A stretch of 32,000 bases of DNA, from assembly GCF_000017945.1 (NCBI RefSeq), contig NC_009776.1:840001-872000 (forward strand), in the 5' to 3' direction. Source of the stretch: Ignicoccus hospitalis KIN4/I. GTDB taxonomy: Archaea; Thermoproteota; Thermoprotei_A; Sulfolobales; Ignicoccaceae. Under the pieces are notes generated by a model that had not been told where the DNA came from, searched no databases, and saw only the letters and a program-made list of their open reading frames with translations. Shown here in pieces: positions 27,362 to 32,000 of the stretch. The position numbers and the translations under genes are program-made. The stretch's first letter is position 1. The number at the start of each line of letters is the position of its first letter.

Positions 27362-27463
27362 CTCTTATCCCACTTTCTCGTGGGTTAGTGAAAAATGCGT
27401 GGTTAAATAGATTTCGTTAATCACACCATCGATCTGCCTTCTCTAACGGGGATACGACCATTT

Positions 27464-28132
27464 TTAAACATTTCCATAGACTAACACGCTTCCAGTCATT
27501 AAATCACTCTTAGCTAAGGCCTTAGCATAGTTGCCGGAGCAGTGTATCGGGTGAACCTCTTCGGCACCCAGGGCGTAGAGAGCGTGTAGTACAGAGTCCA
27601 CCTCTTTCTTGGGCTTGCTAGCTAGGTGGAAGCCCCCAATGACTGCCCTCGGGCGGAAGCCGAAGTCCTCCACGACGCTTCTGTAGAGCATGTGCACTCC
27701 GGGGTGGCTGCAGCCCACGAGCATTACTTGGCCGTACCCCTTCACGTCGACGACTAGGGCTCTCTCCCTGATACCTTCAGCCTCCAAGGTTCTGGACAAA
27801 TAGAGGCCATCGTCCAGCTTGAGGGGCCCCGGCACCCTCTCGGCGGTGGGTATAGGGAAGAGCGGGTCGTCGGGAGCTATCACCTTCTTAGCCCTTATCG
27901 CTTCCGCCCCGCCGGTGTGGTCCCAGTGTCTGTGGCTGAAGATTAAGTAGTCGACTTCGAGCGGTACATTGAGTAACCTAGCGTTGTGTTTGACTGCCCT
28001 CGCATCGCTGTTGGCATCCCAGAAGGCCTTCCAAGAGGGCGTCTCGAGGTAGATGGACAGCCCCCACCTCCCGACGAAAGGAGGCCTGGCCTCATTGTCC
28101 ACGACGACGTGGAGTTTGAGGTAAGGGACCAT
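27464..28132 (-). CDS. Metallo-beta-lactamase fold hydrolase
   Basis: VDYLIFSHRHWDHTGGAEAI...VMLVGCSHPGVHMLYRSVVEDFG...AVIGGFHL...VHPIHCSGNYAKAL. Confidence 0.88.
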   Translation of the reverse strand: MVPYLKLHVVVDNEARPPFVGRWGLSIYLETPSWKAFWDANSDARAVKHNARLLNVPLEVDYLIFSHRHWDHTGGAEAIRAKKVIAPDDPLFPIPTAERVPGPLKLDDGLYLSRTLEAEGIRERALVVDVKGYGQVMLVGCSHPGVHMLYRSVVEDFGFRPRAVIGGFHLASKPKKEVDSVLHALYALGAEEVHPIHCSGNYAKALAKSDLMTGSVLVYGNV

Positions 28133-28153
28133 AGTTTTCGCCCGAGGTTTGGG

Positions 28154-28263
28154 TGGTGCCGCCGCGGGGATTTGAACCCCGGGCCACCGGGTCTCCCAAG
28201 CCTTCGGTTCTCGCGTACCGGACCTTATGGGCCCGGCGCTCTGCCCGGCTGAGCTACGGCGGC
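28154..28263 (-). tRNA. tRNA-Met(CAU), intron-containing, probably elongator type
   Basis: Mature parts: GCCGCCG TA GCTC AGCCGGGCA GAGC G CCGGG CCCATA / A CCCGG TGGCC CGGGG TTCAAAT CCCCG CGGCGGC A CCA; all cloverleaf stems pair and CCA is encoded. Confidence 0.93.
28193..28225 (-). other. 33-nt archaeal tRNA intron at the canonical 37/38 position
   Basis: Intron AGGTCCGGTACGCGAGAACCGAAGGCTTGGGAG. 32-35 CCCA pairs with TGGG, with 3-nt bulges TA|A and AG|A, plus outer helices GGTC/GGCT and CGGT/ACCG: a bulge-helix-bulge. Confidence 0.88.
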
Positions 28264-28352
28264 TCTCCGGAGAACGGGCGTTATGGATCTTTTAAGTTTT
28301 GCTATCAACTCTTGATTAAGGAGGGGAGCCGCCGGCTAGAAGGTCCAATGAG

Positions 28353-30542
28353 ATGGCCGAGCCCGAGAGGGTTGCTGCGCTAGTGTTGCTCTGGGACCCT
28401 CCAGCGATAGCGGCCGTGCTGCGGGGGGACCCGTCTCTATTGTTGAAGGAAGACATAAATATGAATTACTATTTACTAATAAAAAAGGCATACAGCTTGG
28501 AGAACTTTGACGAGTTTAAGAGGATTGTAAAGGAAGGGCTGGGGGCGCGTTGGGACCCGGAGCTCAAGGCTTGGGTCGTGAGGCCCGCCCTGAGGGACTA
28601 CCAAACGGTGACGGAAGCCGTAACGGTCCTTAAAGAGATGGGTGCACGTTTCGAGCTGGTAACTGAGGAAGGCCCGGTTCCAGTGGAGCTGGACGTCGAT
28701 GACGTGGACGCGGCCTTCCTAGAGGGGTCGGCGATTATAAACGAGCTAGCTAAGGATATATCACTATTAGTAAAGTTCAGAACAAAGAAGGACAAAGAGT
28801 TGTTCTTTAGATTGGTTGAACTGGCTCCATATTACAAAGGACGCTTCTACTTGCCCCCCTTCGGTCGCTTGCCGGCTACCTTGGCCCAAGATGTGGCCGC
28901 TAAGGCGACTTCCTCGACCGCCCTCGTTGCCTCGCAGAGGAGGGAGCAAGGGTACCCACTGTTCTTAGGGAACTCTGTTGTCGTTAAGGTCAGCGAGGAG
29001 AAGGCGGAAGAGTTGCAAACGAAGCTCGCCCCTTACGAGGACTGCGACGTAGAGTCTCCAGAGATAGAAAGAGAGAGGAGGGAGAACGCCCTCAGCTATT
29101 GTGAGTACCGCTGGACGAACTACGCGGGGGAACTGGTCAGAGAGGGGAGGCTTACCAGGCTTTACGAGATAACTTTAGAGGACGGTTCTGCCTACATCAG
29201 AACTTTTAGAGGCTTATTGATTAGACTGCTTAGGCATTTGAATGTGGACGTCGATAAGTTATATGCAGACTTACCCTTGGAACCCAATGCGGACTTCTTA
29301 CGGGACTACCAGAGAGTCGCGGTATCCCAAGCGCTGAAGATGCTCGCCGTTCAAGGGGCGGCGACCGTCCAAGCCGCCACGGGCGCCGGGAAGACGGAAA
29401 TGGCAGTAGCCGTAGCGAAGACTCTTCTGGAGAGCGGGCAGGTGAGGAAGGTTTTCTTCTTAAGCTTAAACAGAACCTTGAACGTTCAAGCTGTAATGAG
29501 GTTTAAGAAGTACGGATTAAGCGCGGGGCTGGTGGACTCAGAGAACTTCCAAGTAGGGGAACCCGTGGTGGCTTGTACGGTGCAAACCCTCTATAGGGCG
29601 CTAGTTAAGGTCGGGAAGGCCAAAGAGGTTAAGGATGACGTGGACGAGGAGATAAGGATGGACTACGCTGAGCTGAGCGACGACAAGGCAGAGAGGCTCT
29701 TCGAAGAGTACATGAAAGCCGGCTTGGTGATAGTGGACGAGGTACAACACGTCCCCGCCCGCACGGTCTCCGAAGTGGTGCGTGCCAACCCGTGGTCGCT
29801 AAGGCTAGGCCTCTCGGCTACCCCTTGGAGGGACGACGGAAAGGACGTTCTAATTTACGCGTTGATAGGGGACGTGGTCCCTAAGAGGATAACCTCTTCG
29901 GAGCTGATAGAGAAGGGGTATTTGGTTCCGGTGGAAATAATAATGTTAAAGAGGAAGGTAACCGTGGACCGCGAGGACCTCAAGGCGTTGGAAGGTCTAC
30001 AAGGCGCTCAGAAGTACGTCAAGTTGAAGAACTACATATTCTATGACTCCGAGAGAAACGCGCAGATAGCGAGGGTAGTGAAGAAGCTGCCGAAGCCAGT
30101 ACTAGTCTTAGTAAAAGAGGTAAAACACGCACACGAGTTGTGTAAGGCCATAAAGTCGGAGCGCCTCTCGTGTGCGGTGCTGACCGGCAAGGAGAGCTCC
30201 TCCCAGAGGGAGTCCGTCCTGAGGGCAGTCTTGAGGGGAGACTTGGACGTGGTAGTTGCTACCACCTTGGCCGACGAGGGCTTGGACCTCCCGCCGCTTA
30301 GGTCATTGGTCTTGGCGGCCGGGGGGAGGTCGCAGACGCGCACCCTCCAGAGGGTCGGGAGGGTCACGAGGCCCTACCCCGGCAAGGAGGTGGGCATAGT
30401 AGTTGACGTCTGGGACGACGACCGGGAGGCAGGAGGGATATTTTATAGGCAAGGGCTGGCCCGCATGTCCCTTTACCGCACTGAAGACATGTGGAAAATT
30501 GTGGTTAAAGATATTAAACAATTTCTGAAGGAGAAGAACTGA
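28353..30542 (+). CDS. Superfamily 2 helicase, XPB/Rad25-like, with long N-terminal extension
   Basis: LRDYQRVAVSQAL, AATGAGKTEMAVAVAK, LVIVDEVQHVPA, LGLSATPWRDDGKD, VVVATTLADEGLDLPPL, GRSQTRTLQRVGRVTRP. Confidence 0.9.
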   Translation: MAEPERVAALVLLWDPPAIAAVLRGDPSLLLKEDINMNYYLLIKKAYSLENFDEFKRIVKEGLGARWDPELKAWVVRPALRDYQTVTEAVTVLKEMGARFELVTEEGPVPVELDVDDVDAAFLEGSAIINELAKDISLLVKFRTKKDKELFFRLVELAPYYKGRFYLPPFGRLPATLAQDVAAKATSSTALVASQRREQGYPLFLGNSVVVKVSEEKAEELQTKLAPYEDCDVESPEIERERRENALSYCEYRWTNYAGELVREGRLTRLYEITLEDGSAYIRTFRGLLIRLLRHLNVDVDKLYADLPLEPNADFLRDYQRVAVSQALKMLAVQGAATVQAATGAGKTEMAVAVAKTLLESGQVRKVFFLSLNRTLNVQAVMRFKKYGLSAGLVDSENFQVGEPVVACTVQTLYRALVKVGKAKEVKDDVDEEIRMDYAELSDDKAERLFEEYMKAGLVIVDEVQHVPARTVSEVVRANPWSLRLGLSATPWRDDGKDVLIYALIGDVVPKRITSSELIEKGYLVPVEIIMLKRKVTVDREDLKALEGLQGAQKYVKLKNYIFYDSERNAQIARVVKKLPKPVLVLVKEVKHAHELCKAIKSERLSCAVLTGKESSSQRESVLRAVLRGDLDVVVATTLADEGLDLPPLRSLVLAAGGRSQTRTLQRVGRVTRPYPGKEVGIVVDVWDDDREAGGIFYRQGLARMSLYRTEDMWKIVVKDIKQFLKEKN

Positions 30543-30590
30543 GCGCGAATGTGATTTAAAACGTAGCTCGCAGGCGGTCCGGGAGGTCAT

Positions 30591-30812
30591 ATGGCGGACA
30601 CGGCCCACAAGGTGATGGCAGAGGCAATAGGCAAGATAGTACTAGTCAAACTGAGGGACGGTAAGGTCAGGGGGAGGCTGAAGACCTTCGACATGCACTT
30701 GAACATAGTCTTGGAGGATGCCGAGGAGGTCAGGGAAGACCAGACGAGGCCCTTAGGAACAATATTAATCAGAGGAGACGGCGTAGTCTTCGTATCTCCA
30801 GTGGAGGTGTGA
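30591..30812 (+). CDS. LSm/Sm-like archaeal RNA-binding protein
   Basis: [34 protein letters not shown]...[17 protein letters not shown] contains Sm1 and Sm2 motifs; TATA-like gatttaaaa lies about 35 nt upstream. Confidence 0.95.
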   Translation: MADTAHKVMAEAIGKIVLVKLRDGKVRGRLKTFDMHLNIVLEDAEEVREDQTRPLGTILIRGDGVVFVSPVEV

Positions 30813-30816
30813 GGCC

Positions 30817-31008
30817 ATGAGCAAGGGCACTCCCTCGTTCGGCAAGCACAACAAGGGCAAGACCCACATAAGGTGTAGGAGGTGCGGCAGACACTCGTTC
30901 AACGTTAGGAAGGGGTATTGCGTCGCTTGCGGCTTCGGGCGCTCTAAGAGGATGAGGCGCTACAGCTGGCAGAACAAGAAGTCTTGGACCCGCGTTAGGC
31001 TCAAGTAA
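30817..31008 (+). CDS. rpl37e: 50S ribosomal protein L37e
   Basis: [54 protein letters not shown]; zinc ribbon CxxC...CxxC. Confidence 0.96.
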   Translation: MSKGTPSFGKHNKGKTHIRCRRCGRHSFNVRKGYCVACGFGRSKRMRRYSWQNKKSWTRVRLK

Positions 31009-31053
31009 CTTTTAGTTCTTTCCGTATTCCTTGCAACCGGAAGGTGTGACGCG

Positions 31054-31692
31054 TTGAGCGTAGACGAGAAGGTGGCGAGGGCCCTAAAGGGCACTACGAC
31101 CGTCGGCATAAGGTCCGAAAAGGCGGTCGTCCTCGCGGCGGACAAGAGGGCCACTGCGGGGAACTTCATAGTCCACAAGAGGGTGGAAAAGATAGTGAAG
31201 ATCAGCGATTACATGGCGATGACCACGGCCGGCCTCGTAGCAGACGCTCAAGTGCTCGCGGACGTGTTGAGGATGGAAGTGAAGAACTACGAGCTGTTCC
31301 ATAAAAAGAGAATGAGCGTTAAGGCCGCGGCCACCTTCTTATCGAACGTGCTCCACTCGGCCCGCTTCTACCCCTACATAGTTCAACTGCTAGTGGGCGG
31401 CTTTGACACCGCCCCCAGGCTCTACAGCTTGGACTGGTTCGGGACGGTAGCTGAAGAGGAGTTCTTAGTCACCGGCTCCGGCTCTCCGATGGCCGTTGGG
31501 GTCATCGAGGCTGAGTACAACCCCAATATGGACTTAGAGGAGCTGGTGAACTTAGCAGTGCGCGCGGTCTTCGCGGCCACTCGGAGGGACACCGCCTCCG
31601 GCGAGGGCATAGACGTCGCAGTCATCGATCGGAACGGCATCACAATGCGCCATTACCGCTTAGGTGATGTAATAAGGCTTGTGCGCCCGTAA
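31054..31692 (+). CDS. psmB: Proteasome beta subunit
   Basis: Short propeptide MSVDEKVARALKG followed by catalytic TTTVGIRSEKAVVLAADKRATAG; later GTGSGSPMAVGVIEAEY. Confidence 0.95.
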   Translation: MSVDEKVARALKGTTTVGIRSEKAVVLAADKRATAGNFIVHKRVEKIVKISDYMAMTTAGLVADAQVLADVLRMEVKNYELFHKKRMSVKAAATFLSNVLHSARFYPYIVQLLVGGFDTAPRLYSLDWFGTVAEEEFLVTGSGSPMAVGVIEAEYNPNMDLEELVNLAVRAVFAATRRDTASGEGIDVAVIDRNGITMRHYRLGDVIRLVRP

Positions 31693-31741
31693 GAAATAGG
31701 TTTTTCACTCCTCTGAGGAGGAGTTCTGGGCATTAAGCTAT

Positions 31742-32000
31742 GAAGAAGGTGTTGGCGTTCTTACTGACGTTAGCGGCGGCGGCCTTGGCGCAGAAGCTGG
31801 TAGTTCCAACTGCGATGAGCTGTGTTATTTCCGCTAACTACCCCAAGTTCGAGGTCCCCGTTCCCGTAATAACGATAAACGCGACCTCCCTCACGGTGCG
31901 AGTAGACGCTTGCGGCTTGGTTTCTTCTAAGGCTTACGTAGCGATGGCCTATACCAAAGGAACTATAGGTTTGGAGTTGCCCCTCAAGGAGCTGAGGTAC
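31742..32000 (+). CDS. Exported protein of unknown function, truncated at the right edge
   Basis: Open frame from ATG 31742: MKKVLAFLLTLAAAALAQKLVVPTAMSCVISANYPKFEVPVPVITINATSLTVRVDACGLVSSKAYVAMAYTKGTIGLELPLKELRY, with a clear signal peptide. Confidence 0.7.

Noticed and set aside
28153-28383. Minus-strand 76-aa ORF
   Set aside because: Covers the tRNA-Met gene and its promoter; MVPPRGFEPRATGSPKP is the classic translated T-arm of a tRNA.
1-32000. CRISPR array, transposon, integrated virus or defence island
   Set aside because: No regularly spaced direct repeats, no transposase/integrase or Cas-like proteins; nearly the whole window is accounted for by ordinary chromosomal genes.

Overview
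This 32 kb window reads as chromosomal housekeeping and metabolic DNA from a hyperthermophilic crenarchaeote. Gene content suggests Desulfurococcales, possibly Ignicoccus-like; that is inference, not proven from this window. Coding density is very high, there are many TTG/GTG starts, and AT-rich TATA boxes precede several genes. RNA genes: a free-standing 5S rRNA with its own TATA box, and a minus-strand tRNA-Met(CAU) with a 33-nt intron in a near-perfect bulge-helix-bulge, an encoded CCA, and an unusual C33. Recognisable proteins include class V aminotransferase, SAM hydroxide adenosyltransferase family, NadM, MIP18/PaaD-like, OB-fold SSB-like, octaheme HAO-family cytochrome c, RibD C-terminal reductase, UPF0201, B12-type radical SAM, hybrid cluster protein, IlvD, MMPL/RND transporter, TIP49/RuvB-like ATPase, L3-L4-L23, APS kinase, AP-superfamily phosphodiesterase, ATP sulfurylase, TauE/SafE-like permease, sulfatase-like AP-superfamily protein, cupin, PstS-like binding protein, MBL-fold hydrolase, XPB-like helicase, LSm, L37e and proteasome beta. 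I found no CRISPR array, mobile element or defence island. The most interesting items are a sulfate-activation operon bracketed by two paralogous small RHH-like proteins with identical C-terminal tails, the odd intron-containing tRNA-Met, the HAO-like/HCP nitrogen-oxide pair, exported proteins without obvious membrane anchors, and a truncated ribosomal protein operon.
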